From an uncultured Dehalococcoidales bacterium (lineage in GTDB: Bacteria > Chloroflexota > Dehalococcoidia > Dehalococcoidales > UBA5627): a DNA stretch of 64,000 nucleotides. A program made the position numbers and the translations under genes. The stretch is taken from assembly GCA_964399425.1 (NCBI GenBank), contig CAYNQR010000002.1, positions 26,558 through 90,557 on the forward strand, read 5' to 3'. Below the pieces are notes generated by a model. The model was given only the letters and a program-made list of their open reading frames with translations, had not been told where the DNA came from and ran no database searches. Position 1 is the first letter of the stretch. Each line of letters starts with the position of its first letter. Of this stretch, positions 15,775-24,769 are shown in pieces.

Positions 15775-18189
15775 CTACACCCTTTCGTTTACCAGTGTTT
15801 CAACGACGCTCGGATCTGCCAGTGTAGTGATGTCGCCCAGGTTGCTGATGTCGCCGTTGGCAATCTTGACCAGTATGCGGCGCATAATCTTGCCGCTGCG
15901 TGTCTTGGGCAAGCCCTCGGCAAACTGTATTTTATCAGGGCTGGCAATCGGACCGATGACCTTTCTGACGTGGTCTTTCAGTTCCTTCTCCATGGCTTTA
16001 CTCGGTTTTTCCCCATGCTTCAAGGTAACGAAAGCGTAAATGCCCTGTCCTTTAATCTCGTGGTGGATGCCGACGACCGCGGCTTCGGCTACCTTCGAAT
16101 TGGAAACCAGTGCGCTTTCCACTTCGGCAGTGCCGATGCGGTGACCGGATACGTTAAGCACATCGTCGATGCGTCCCATAATCCAGTAATAGCCGTCCTC
16201 ATCTTTCCTGGCTCCGTCTCCGGTGAAATACATACCAGGGAAGCGCGAAAAATAGGTATTTTTGAATTTTTCATGGTCTCCGTAGATGGTGCGCATCATA
16301 CCGGGCCACGGTTTCTTGATACACAGGTAGCCGCCTTCGTTGACATCGACCTCGTTTCCTTCGGCATTGACTATCATCAGTTCGACACCGGGAATGGGCA
16401 TAGTGGCGGAGCCCGGTTTGGTGGGAATGGCTCCCGGCAGGGGAGTTATCAGGTGACCGCCGGTTTCTGTCTGCCACCAGGTGTCGACAATCGGGCATTT
16501 CTCCCGTCCGATAACGCGGTGATACCACATCCATGCCTCGGGGTTGATGGGTTCACCCACAGTTCCCAAAAGTCTCAGGCTTGAGAGGTCGTGTTTCTTC
16601 GGCCATTCCTCGCCGTCTCGCATCAGGGCGCGTATAAGAGTGGGAGCGGTGTAGAAGATATTTATCTTGAATTTATTTACGATATGCCACATCCTGTCCG
16701 GTTTGGGGAAGGTCGGAGTTCCCTCGTAAATAAAGCTGGTTGCTCCTGTAGCCATCGGTCCGTAAACAACATAGCTGTGCCCGGTTACCCAGCCGATATC
16801 GGCGGTACACCAGAAGACATCATCGTCTTTGATATCGAACACCCATTTCATTGTTTGTACCGTATGCAGCAGATACCCTGCCTGCGTATGCATGACACCC
16901 TTGGGTTTGCCGGTGCTGCCGCTGGTATAAAGAATGAACAGCGGGTCTTCGGAATCCATAACCACCGGTTCGCAAATCGAGGAAATATCATCGGCTTCCA
17001 TTTCTTCGTGCCACCAGCGGTCTCTGCCTTCATATATTGTTATATGCAGCCCCAGTCTCTTGACGATAATCATATCTCTTACATTGGGGCAATCTTTCAT
17101 GGCGATATCTGCGGCATCCTTGCACCTGATAATCTGCCCGTTGCGGTGATAACCATCGGCAGTGATGACCAACTTGGAATTGCAATCCAGAATGCGGTCT
17201 CTCAAGGATTCTCCGCTGAATCCACTGAATACGATGCTGTGAATAGCCCCTATACGGGTACAGGCCAGCATGGCGAAGGCTGCTTCGGGAATCATGGGCA
17301 TATAAATGGTAACCGCATCGCCCTTTTTAACGCCGTGCTTCTTTAACACATTTGCGAACTTACATACCTCGTGATGCACCTGCTGGTAGGTAAACGTCCT
17401 GACTTCGTCTTCGCCTTCGCCCTGCCATACCAGCGCCGCTTTATTCTTGCGCCAGGTATTCAAGTGGCGGTCGAGGCAGTTATAACTGATGTTGATTTTG
17501 CCGCCGATAAAATATTTGATATTGATGTTTCCGCTGAATGAGTATTCGCGCACTTTATCCCATTTTTTATACCAGTCCAGTTGCTCGGCAAGGTGTCCCC
17601 AGAAGCCTTCGGGGTCTTTTACAGACCAGTTATATAAAGCTTTATAGTGTCGCATGCCGGAAACTGCCGCTTGATCGACAAATTCCTGAGGAGGGTTAAA
17701 TACTCTTTTTTCCTCCATCATGGAGGTTATTTCCTGGTGTTTTTCATCATGTTTAGCAGTAGCTGTTTCTGTTTCAGGGGTTTTTTTAGTGCCTAGCGCG
17801 TCGTCTATTACTTTACCCAGTTCGTCATTGGTAAAGGGAGCAGTCAGGTAATCGAAGGCTCCCGTTTTAATACATTCGGCAAGCGCATCTGCGGTGGGTT
17901 CGGCGGAGGTAATTACGATTTTAATATCCGGTTGTTTTTTAATTGCTTCGGCGAGCACTTCAAGACCGCTTTTAGCAGGGATTTCCAGGGAAATAACGGC
18001 CAAATCGAAATGTTCTGCTGCAATTGCAGATGCGGCTTTAATTCCGTCATCTACCGCTATGGTGCGATAGTTCCCTCGATTCAGGTAATCTGTAATGGAA
18101 CTGCGCAGACCTGCATCGGCATCAGCGACGAGTATAGAAAGGCTACCGACGGGGTTTTCTTTCGGGGGGGTGGATTTGTCTTGAGACAT
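15775..18189 (-). CDS. acs: acetyl-CoA synthetase with N-terminal degenerate receiver (REC) domain
   Basis: The C-terminal ~650 aa is a full AMP-forming Acs (YTSGSTGKPKG, PKTRSGKIMRR). The N-terminal ~130 aa is CheY-like (ILVADADAG, FDLAVISLEIP, KIVITSAEP, GAFDYLTAPF). The ATG at 18189 lies 6 nt after GGAGG. Confidence 0.88.
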   Translation of the reverse strand: MSQDKSTPPKENPVGSLSILVADADAGLRSSITDYLNRGNYRTIAVDDGIKAASAIAAEHFDLAVISLEIPAKSGLEVLAEAIKKQPDIKIVITSAEPTADALAECIKTGAFDYLTAPFTNDELGKVIDDALGTKKTPETETATAKHDEKHQEITSMMEEKRVFNPPQEFVDQAAVSGMRHYKALYNWSVKDPEGFWGHLAEQLDWYKKWDKVREYSFSGNINIKYFIGGKINISYNCLDRHLNTWRKNKAALVWQGEGEDEVRTFTYQQVHHEVCKFANVLKKHGVKKGDAVTIYMPMIPEAAFAMLACTRIGAIHSIVFSGFSGESLRDRILDCNSKLVITADGYHRNGQIIRCKDAADIAMKDCPNVRDMIIVKRLGLHITIYEGRDRWWHEEMEADDISSICEPVVMDSEDPLFILYTSGSTGKPKGVMHTQAGYLLHTVQTMKWVFDIKDDDVFWCTADIGWVTGHSYVVYGPMATGATSFIYEGTPTFPKPDRMWHIVNKFKINIFYTAPTLIRALMRDGEEWPKKHDLSSLRLLGTVGEPINPEAWMWYHRVIGREKCPIVDTWWQTETGGHLITPLPGAIPTKPGSATMPIPGVELMIVNAEGNEVDVNEGGYLCIKKPWPGMMRTIYGDHEKFKNTYFSRFPGMYFTGDGARKDEDGYYWIMGRIDDVLNVSGHRIGTAEVESALVSNSKVAEAAVVGIHHEIKGQGIYAFVTLKHGEKPSKAMEKELKDHVRKVIGPIASPDKIQFAEGLPKTRSGKIMRRILVKIANGDISNLGDITTLADPSVVETLVNERV

Positions 18190-18466
18190 GTTAAACCTCC
18201 TCAAATGAAAAATCTGTAATTTTTAAAATATTTAAATTTAACTAATTCAGAATCAAATAATATCAGTAAAAATATGTACTTGTCAATACTCATTTATGTG
18301 TACAAGCTATCACGAGATAGCTGGCTGTTCTTAAGAACGATAAAACACGACGGGCATCATCCCGATAAAACTTGTATTGTCTGTAAAATACTATTTGACA
18401 ACAATAATATATGTGTTAAAATAATAGTATGTATAAAACATAGTAATATTTAGATAAGGATGAAAC

Positions 18467-18961
18467 ATGGATGAAAGGGCGGTTGTAAAAGAAGAGCAGT
18501 TCAATATCCAGTTAAAGAAACTGAACGATTTCATTGCCGAATTATTGTCGGACGCGCCCGTTCTTATTGAAATGGAAGATAACCTGACGATGTCACAGTT
18601 ACGCGTGTTGTTACTTCTGAAAATAAACGGCAGGATGAAAATGACGCAGATAGCATCTTGTCTTACGATACATGTTTCGACGGCTACCGGTTTGGTGGAC
18701 AGAATGATAGCCAAAAAACTGATTCAAAGAGAAATGAACGAGGACGACAGACGCGTTATATTGTGCGCCTTATCCGATAAGGGACATAAGATTACGGATA
18801 GTATCTGGAAGATCGTTTGGGAAAATGCGCGCTCTCTTTCGGAGTATATAACATCGGAAGAATTAAATATTATCGGCAATTCTATCGATATTCTGCAAAG
18901 AGCCTGGATGAAAAGGAAAGAGAATCAGGACGGTGCAATATCGTCCGAACCTGTTAAATAA
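18467..18961 (+). CDS. MarR family transcriptional regulator
   Basis: A winged-HTH region is present (LTMSQLRVLLLLKINGRMKMTQIASCLTIHVSTATGLVDRMIAKKLIQRE..DDRRV). Confidence 0.85.
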   Translation: MDERAVVKEEQFNIQLKKLNDFIAELLSDAPVLIEMEDNLTMSQLRVLLLLKINGRMKMTQIASCLTIHVSTATGLVDRMIAKKLIQREMNEDDRRVILCALSDKGHKITDSIWKIVWENARSLSEYITSEELNIIGNSIDILQRAWMKRKENQDGAISSEPVK

Positions 18962-18995
18962 ATATTACATTGCAAATAATATTCGGGAGGGGTTT

Positions 18996-21614
18996 ATGTT
19001 TAAAGGATTGGGGCGGTTTGCCTCCAAATTCAAGTATTTGATAATTCTTTTCTGGGTGGCGCTGGCCGTTTCTATGGTGCTCTGGGCGCCGACGTTGAGT
19101 GAGACCGGTAAGCTGGATGTTTCCGGTTTTTTGCCCGAAGGCAGCGAATCGGGCAAGGCAGCTGAACTGATTGCCCAATATTTTCCGGAAGAAGCCACCG
19201 ATTCATCGGTAACTATCATTATTCACAATCCGGACGGTTTAAATGCCGGGGATATGGCTTTTACCCAGTCTTTTTCGCAGTATTTGAGCCAGCAGGGAGC
19301 GGCGGCTGGCATAGAGTCGGTAACATCCGTTTTTACCAACCCGGCTTTAGCTGCCAGCCTGGTATCTCCGGATAATACCACGATGTTGGTTAACATCGGG
19401 CTTAACATAACTACATCAGGAAAATCGTCCTCCGCTATTTTGGAATCGCTTGAAACATATATCGACGGCAACAAGGGTTCTTCATCTCTGCAGGTTTATA
19501 TCTCGGGCGAAGCCGGAATTATGAACGACCTGATGTCCACTATGGTCGAAAGCATCGATATCACGACGATTGTAACCGTAGTCCTGGTTATTGTATTATT
19601 GCTTTTAATTTACCGTTCTCCGATAGCGATGCTGGTACCCCTGTTGACCATAGGAACGGCTTATCTGATAAGCCGCGGCGTGCTGGGTTATATGGGGGAG
19701 TGGGGCATCAATCTGTGGTCTCAACTGGATGTATTTATTATCGTTCTCATATTCGGAGCCGGTACCGATTACTGCCTGTTTATGGTATCCCGCTATAAAG
19801 AGGAGTTGAAACGCCACACGACGCGACTGGATGCCCTGCGCGCTACCGTCGGTTCGGTCGGTTCCGTAATTGCGGCCAGCGCTTTCGCCGTGATTATCGG
19901 TCTGGCCGGTTTGACGGTTGCCGAATACGGCATGCTGCATACCATGGGTTTGGCGCTGGCGACGGCGGTTTTTATTACTCTTCTGGCTGCCCTGACTCTG
20001 AATCCGGCGCTTTCGGCTCTTTTCGGGAAGTTCATGTTCTGGCCCGGCAAACAGGCGGACGTATCCAGAGCCGGCAGTGGCGAGACGCGTGAGAACGGTT
20101 TCTGGCGCGGAGTAGCCAAGCTTACCACAAAACATTCTTTTGTTGTGGCTTTACTGATTATTATTGTACTGGCAGTCCCGTATATCCCGTACTTCCAGAT
20201 GGATACATCGTACGATACGCTCTCGGAGTTGGCGGACGATTCGGATTCGGTTAAAGGGTTTGCAATATTGAATGAACATTTCGATATCGGCAAAATGATG
20301 CCTTCCACCGTTATCCTGACAACCTCTTCGGGTAGCGCTACATCCAGCGCAGCCCTGGGGGAAATCGGGGAAATAACCGCTAAATTACTTTCCGTAGATG
20401 GTGTTTCCGGTGTCTTGTCCGTAGTTTCGCCTTACGGAACGGGAGAGCCGCTGGCTGAACTTACTGTGACGGGACAAATAAATATACTATTGCAGCAGCT
20501 GAACGCCGCAATCAGCGGCGCCGCAACCGACCCGACGGCGCTTTTCGCTTCCGATACGATGCAGATGTTCCAGCTTTTGGGTACCTATCTGGGCGAAGTG
20601 GGGAATGCCTTTCCCGAGGTTATTGCCGAACCGTCGTTTATTAATGCTGTAACGATTTTAAATAATATGAGCGCAACGCTGGCGACCGTCGATATCGAAA
20701 AACTGGACATGGCTTCCCTGGCGGCTCTTCAGGCGGCATTCCAGTCATATATCGGCGAATTTATCCAGGCTTTAACGGGACTGGGGGATTATTTCGTTGC
20801 AAAGGGAAATCCGTATTTTATCCCTCAAAGCTTGCTGGCTTTATATCCCGAACTCGGTCAGTTAATCAGTACCTTTATTTCGGCTGAAGGCGATGCCGCC
20901 AGGTTGATGATAACACTTGATGATTATCCTTATTCAGAGGCGGCTATGGACACGATACAGGAAATCAGGGCAGTGATTCATAACGGGGATTCTTACCAGT
21001 ATTTCGATATGAACGAATCGGCGGTAGGCGGCGCAACCTCCGCTATGTCGGATGTGCGCAGCGTACTGGAAACCGATTTTACCAGGATTATGATAGTGGT
21101 TCTGGTCGGTGTGTTTGTAGTATTGTGCCTGCTGCTGAGAAGCCTGATTGCTCCGCTGTTCATACTTGCTATCGTTACTTTCGCCTATGGTGCCACCATG
21201 GGGATATCAGCCTGGTTGTTTACTGATATACTCGGACATTCGGGAGTCAGCTTTGTCGTTCCTATTATTGTCTTTGTGTTGATGATAGCCCTCGGCGCCG
21301 ATTATAACATCTTCATGATGTCGCGTATCCGTGAGGAAGCCGAAACAAAGCCGATGAAAGAAGCGATTCGAAGCGCTATTATGAGCACCGGATATGTGAT
21401 TATGGCCTGCGGTTTGATACTGGGCGGCACTTTCCTGGCAATGATGGTATCTCCGATTCAGACGATGTTCCAACTGGGTGTCGCCGTAGCCATCGGCGTC
21501 TTTTTGGAGGCTTTCGTGGTGATTGTCTTCCTGCTGCCGGCTATAGCCAGCATCTTCGGCAGAGCAAGCTGGTGGCCTTTCGGGCATAAAAAACTTGGAA
21601 TCAAGAAAGATTAA
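18996..21614 (+). CDS. MMPL family (RND superfamily) transporter
   Basis: Two MMPL halves each carry GAGTDYCLF or GADYNIFMMSR motifs, with about 12 TM segments. The ATG at 18996 follows GGGAGGGG. Confidence 0.88.
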   Translation: MFKGLGRFASKFKYLIILFWVALAVSMVLWAPTLSETGKLDVSGFLPEGSESGKAAELIAQYFPEEATDSSVTIIIHNPDGLNAGDMAFTQSFSQYLSQQGAAAGIESVTSVFTNPALAASLVSPDNTTMLVNIGLNITTSGKSSSAILESLETYIDGNKGSSSLQVYISGEAGIMNDLMSTMVESIDITTIVTVVLVIVLLLLIYRSPIAMLVPLLTIGTAYLISRGVLGYMGEWGINLWSQLDVFIIVLIFGAGTDYCLFMVSRYKEELKRHTTRLDALRATVGSVGSVIAASAFAVIIGLAGLTVAEYGMLHTMGLALATAVFITLLAALTLNPALSALFGKFMFWPGKQADVSRAGSGETRENGFWRGVAKLTTKHSFVVALLIIIVLAVPYIPYFQMDTSYDTLSELADDSDSVKGFAILNEHFDIGKMMPSTVILTTSSGSATSSAALGEIGEITAKLLSVDGVSGVLSVVSPYGTGEPLAELTVTGQINILLQQLNAAISGAATDPTALFASDTMQMFQLLGTYLGEVGNAFPEVIAEPSFINAVTILNNMSATLATVDIEKLDMASLAALQAAFQSYIGEFIQALTGLGDYFVAKGNPYFIPQSLLALYPELGQLISTFISAEGDAARLMITLDDYPYSEAAMDTIQEIRAVIHNGDSYQYFDMNESAVGGATSAMSDVRSVLETDFTRIMIVVLVGVFVVLCLLLRSLIAPLFILAIVTFAYGATMGISAWLFTDILGHSGVSFVVPIIVFVLMIALGADYNIFMMSRIREEAETKPMKEAIRSAIMSTGYVIMACGLILGGTFLAMMVSPIQTMFQLGVAVAIGVFLEAFVVIVFLLPAIASIFGRASWWPFGHKKLGIKKD

Positions 21615-21674
21615 GCAACAGGTTTATGGATTTAAGGGGGGTTGTACTATACAGCCCCCCTCTTAATATCAATA

Positions 21675-22178
21675 CTATGTAATCTTCACCTGTTCCGTAT
21701 GAGAAAAAATGCTTCCATCCTGAAATGTCCCGCTTATTTCCAGTGGATAATAAATATCGTCTGCAAATCCTCCGTTGATTAAAATCCGCTCCGCGTAAAT
21801 GGTATTGTTCGGCAGCAACGGATTCTCACTGGAGATATTGAATTCAAAGCTGAATTCCATACTCAATTTGAGTATGGCGTTTAAAGAAACGATATTATCA
21901 TTGCTTATATTTTTAAGGGTTATGCCGACGACCGGCCCTCCCGGGTTAATGAGTTCGGATAGAGCTTCTACGGAGACAATTTCAACCGGTTGCCGGTTTT
22001 GTAATGTTAACGTTATGGTTTCAGTTTTTATAGCGGTAGCTGTATTTGTCTCAGTAATAGTAGCGGTAATCGTATTGTTAATGGTTGAAGTTATCGGGTC
22101 AGCTGTACATCCGCGCAATTGCCCTGATAAGAGAATGACGCAGGTGAAGACGATAAATTTATATGATGATGTATTCAT
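21675..22178 (-). CDS. hypothetical lipoprotein with Thr-rich N-terminal linker
   Basis: A signal peptide ends in LSGQLRGC (lipobox-like) and is followed by a T/I/N-rich stretch. No family was recognised. Confidence 0.5.
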   Translation of the reverse strand: MNTSSYKFIVFTCVILLSGQLRGCTADPITSTINNTITATITETNTATAIKTETITLTLQNRQPVEIVSVEALSELINPGGPVVGITLKNISNDNIVSLNAILKLSMEFSFEFNISSENPLLPNNTIYAERILINGGFADDIYYPLEISGTFQDGSIFSHTEQVKIT

Positions 22179-22314
22179 AACATTACTCCTTATGGTTTAT
22201 TGAGTATATAAATTTATTAACATTTTTTATCGTATCCGATTATATTATATCACTAATTAATAAACAAATTATTGCATAGATACGTTTTTTAGTATTTTTG
22301 TCGATAATTTTTAA

Positions 22315-22403
22315 GGGAGTCGTTTTTTAGATGGCGAAATAGCGGTGAGGAGCGGGGTGGGGGAGGGCAGCACTTTTACGGTCGTTCTGCCGCTGGCGGG
22401 CTG
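22315..22403 (+). pseudogene. C-terminal remnant of a sensor histidine kinase (HATPase_c G2 box only)
   Basis: The translation ...FLDGEIAVRSGVGEGSTFTVVLPLAG* matches the last ~25 aa of histidine kinases. It has no upstream coding continuation, with a stop at 22312 and AT-rich non-coding DNA before it. Confidence 0.65.
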
Positions 22404-22416
22404 AAAGTTAATATAG

Positions 22417-22490
22417 AGTCGACCAGTGGTCGTCCGCTTCCTATACAGACAGGGCGGACGGGCAATGCCCGTCCCTACGAATGACATTGA
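22417..22490 (-). repeat. dispersed double-hairpin repeat, copy 2 (inverted, degenerate)
   Basis: The reverse complement reads cgtaGGGACGGGCATTGCCCGTCCgcc...gcGGACGACCactGGTCGac. The linker differs from the other copies and there is no T-run. Confidence 0.7.
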
Positions 22491-22704
22491 GACTATTCAG
22501 TAGAAATTGCCGCACCTCGATAAATCGTGCGCGGCTTGAATGATTTGTCATGCTGGAAATCACAAGGGGTGACTGAAGAATCTGGGGATGTGGGGAGAAA
22601 TAGCATAGAGGCACCAACGGCAACAGGCGGAATACCATCCCTCATCCGTCATCCTGAACTGTCGGGATGACACCTTCCCCCAGTGGAAGGCTTTTTTACC
22701 ATAC

Positions 22705-23628
22705 TTACGCGTTATCTGCCGTAAAGGGCATTACTTCATCGATGGAAGCAGCATTACATAACAACATAACCAGCCTGTCTATGCCGAGGGCAACGCCGCC
22801 GCATTCGGGGATAAATGGCAGGGCTTCGATAAATTTATCCGGCATTTGCATCTTTTTTCCCTGCTCCTTTTCGATTTGCCCGATTGCTTCGACAAAGCGT
22901 TTCTTCTGCTCATCGGCATCCACAAGCTCACTGTAAACATTGGCAAGTTCCAGTTCACCGAAGAAAACCTCGGCTCTCTCGGTAACAGCAGGGTTATCCG
23001 GCTTGATTCTTGCCAGGGCAGCGGCAAAAGACGGGTAGTCCAGAAGCACGGTGGGGTGGTCTTTCGAAAGCCCGGGGATTACTTTTTCAGCCATATCGAT
23101 ATCGAATCTCAGCGGGTCGGGTTGCATGGTGGGGTCCCATCCGGCAAATTTTAAATAAGCATCTCTTACCGTCATTCTCGACCAGGGAGTGGAAATGTCG
23201 AAATCCGAATTGCCGTATTTAATCTTCCGCAATCCCATCTCTTTCGCAAGATATGAAACCAGGTCTTCGATATGCTGTATTATGACCATGTAACCGGCGT
23301 TGACACAGTACCATTCCAGCATGGTGAATTCCGGGTTGTGCAGGCGTCCCTGTTCGCCCTTGCGGAAACAGCGGCTGAACTGGAAGAGTTTTTTATAGCC
23401 GGCTGCCAGCATACGCTTCATATGAAGCTCCGGGGAGGTGGATAAAAACCAGCTTTCACTCTCGAAAGGCATGATATATGCTTCCGGTGCGATTACCGGA
23501 ACGCGGACAGGTGTTTCCACTTCCAGAAACCCCCTGTCCTCAAAAAACTTACGGATAAACTTGTAGATTAAAGCTCTCTTCTTTAAATTAGATTCAAGCC
23601 GCAGAAGATGCTGCCGTTCTTCACCCAT
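22705..23628 (-). CDS. epmA: EF-P--(R)-beta-lysine ligase (PoxA/GenX, truncated class II LysRS paralogue)
   Basis: 307 aa. It has a class II aaRS core (FRKGEQGRLHNPEFTMLEWY, GGVALGIDRLVML) without an anticodon-binding domain, and it is adjacent to efp. Confidence 0.88.
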   Translation of the reverse strand: MGEERQHLLRLESNLKKRALIYKFIRKFFEDRGFLEVETPVRVPVIAPEAYIMPFESESWFLSTSPELHMKRMLAAGYKKLFQFSRCFRKGEQGRLHNPEFTMLEWYCVNAGYMVIIQHIEDLVSYLAKEMGLRKIKYGNSDFDISTPWSRMTVRDAYLKFAGWDPTMQPDPLRFDIDMAEKVIPGLSKDHPTVLLDYPSFAAALARIKPDNPAVTERAEVFFGELELANVYSELVDADEQKKRFVEAIGQIEKEQGKKMQMPDKFIEALPFIPECGGVALGIDRLVMLLCNAASIDEVMPFTADNA

Positions 23629-23632
23629 TATG

Positions 23633-24196
23633 CTACTTCTTGTTTATGCGTTCTACATAAGTACCGCTGCGGGTATCCACTTTTATGATATCACCTTCGT
23701 TTATGAAAGTGGGAACGCCGATAACGGCGCCGGTTTCAATGGTGGCCGCCTTCAATTGCGGTGAAATCGTTTGCGCCTTGATAGCGATTTCGCTCTCAAG
23801 AACTTTGAACTCGATAAAATTGGGAAGGGTAATATCTATCGGCCTTTCGCCGAACATCAGCATGTCGACCAGGGTGCCTTCTTTCAGAAAATTCTTTTTA
23901 TCACCGATTTGCGCTTCGGTAACAAAAATCTGTTCGAAGTTTTCCGTGTTCATGAAGACATAGTGGTCTCCGTCCTGGTAGAGAAACTGTTCCTGCTGGT
24001 AAGTGGTTTGAGCTTCGTCCACCTTTTCTCCGGAGTGATAGGTTTTGTCTACAATACTGCCGTCAATCAAATTCCTCAATCTGACACGGTAGATTGCGCG
24101 TCCCTTGCCCGGTTTTGTAAATTCGAGGTCATCTACGGTATAGGGGATTCCGTCCTCTAATATTTTTGCGTTTTTATGTATATCTGCAACATCCAT
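23633..24196 (-). CDS. efp: elongation factor P
   Basis: 187 aa with the KPGKGRAIYRVRLRNL loop, a Lys-type tip. Confidence 0.95.
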   Translation of the reverse strand: MDVADIHKNAKILEDGIPYTVDDLEFTKPGKGRAIYRVRLRNLIDGSIVDKTYHSGEKVDEAQTTYQQEQFLYQDGDHYVFMNTENFEQIFVTEAQIGDKKNFLKEGTLVDMLMFGERPIDITLPNFIEFKVLESEIAIKAQTISPQLKAATIETGAVIGVPTFINEGDIIKVDTRSGTYVERINKK

Positions 24197-24444
24197 ATAT
24201 TTTCCTGTATACTCCTTTTATTGACAATAGATTATAGCAGTTATTCGATTGCGTGAAAATAGCACTCGCGTATCGAAATGAGACCGACGATAGTTATTCT
24301 TTAAATATTACGGAATTTATATTTTCCATAATTGTATAAGTCTACAGGGATAAATAATCATTATATCAATCGTAATTATTTATTAATAAGAGGAGTAATA
24401 ACGATATATTGACATTATTACAACGAGTATGTTATAAATGTATG

Positions 24445-24556
24445 ATTTCTCCGGAGCTGTTATGCCTAAGGAACGTTCTATGGCGGGCAGCCGGTAGATG
24501 AAATATCTAGACGGCACTACCGGAAACGGTTTTGCTTCCCGTTGGAAAAGGAGAAG
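24445..24556 (+). promoter_or_regulatory. candidate molybdenum-cofactor (Moco) riboswitch
   Basis: P1 pairs TTCTCC with GGAGAA. Internal elements are CTCCGGAGC, the GCCGgTAGAT/ATCTAgaCGGC hairpin, ACCG-GAAA-CGGT, GCTTCCCG and AAAAGGAG. A TTGACA-18-TATAAA promoter sits at 24409-24438. The element lies upstream of modABC. Confidence 0.55.
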
Positions 24557-24558
24557 AA

Positions 24559-24672
24559 ATGAATTATTGCCGTATAACGCCTTTCATATCAATTAAGAAC
24601 TCATGTCTTTTTTCTCTGTTTCCCGAACTTTGTCAGGTAGTCCTGTTTTACCGTCAGGTAAAGTGCGTCTGA
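24559..24672 (+). CDS. possible 37-codon leader ORF (MNYCRITPFISIKNSCLFSLFPELCQVVLFYRQVKCV)
   Basis: Its ATG lies 5 nt after AAGGAG, and that SD forms the 3' strand of the proposed riboswitch P1. There is no homology evidence. Confidence 0.2.
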   Translation: MNYCRITPFISIKNSCLFSLFPELCQVVLFYRQVKCV

Positions 24673-24769
24673 TTGAAGGAGGGAAAAGGTAACCAGAGAC
24701 AGTTATCAATATCTAATAGATTTATTAAAAACACGGCAACAAATACCAGTGTTAACGGAGTAAAAAATA

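Noticed and set aside
19605-20308. Long antisense or shadow ORFs inside mmpL. The same was seen inside modC (26509..27198), ribD/ribE (56281..56928), ribBA (57291..57964), acs (15970..17346) and mutS2.
   Set aside because: Each lies opposite or out of frame to a strongly supported conserved CDS. Their translations are low-complexity or Arg/Ser/Pro-rich, as is typical of shadow frames.
22441-22638. The 65-aa ORF at 22441..22638 and the 77-aa ORF at 51606..51839 in intergenic gaps.
   Set aside because: Both are translations of the dispersed repeat modules and have no RBS or coding-like composition.
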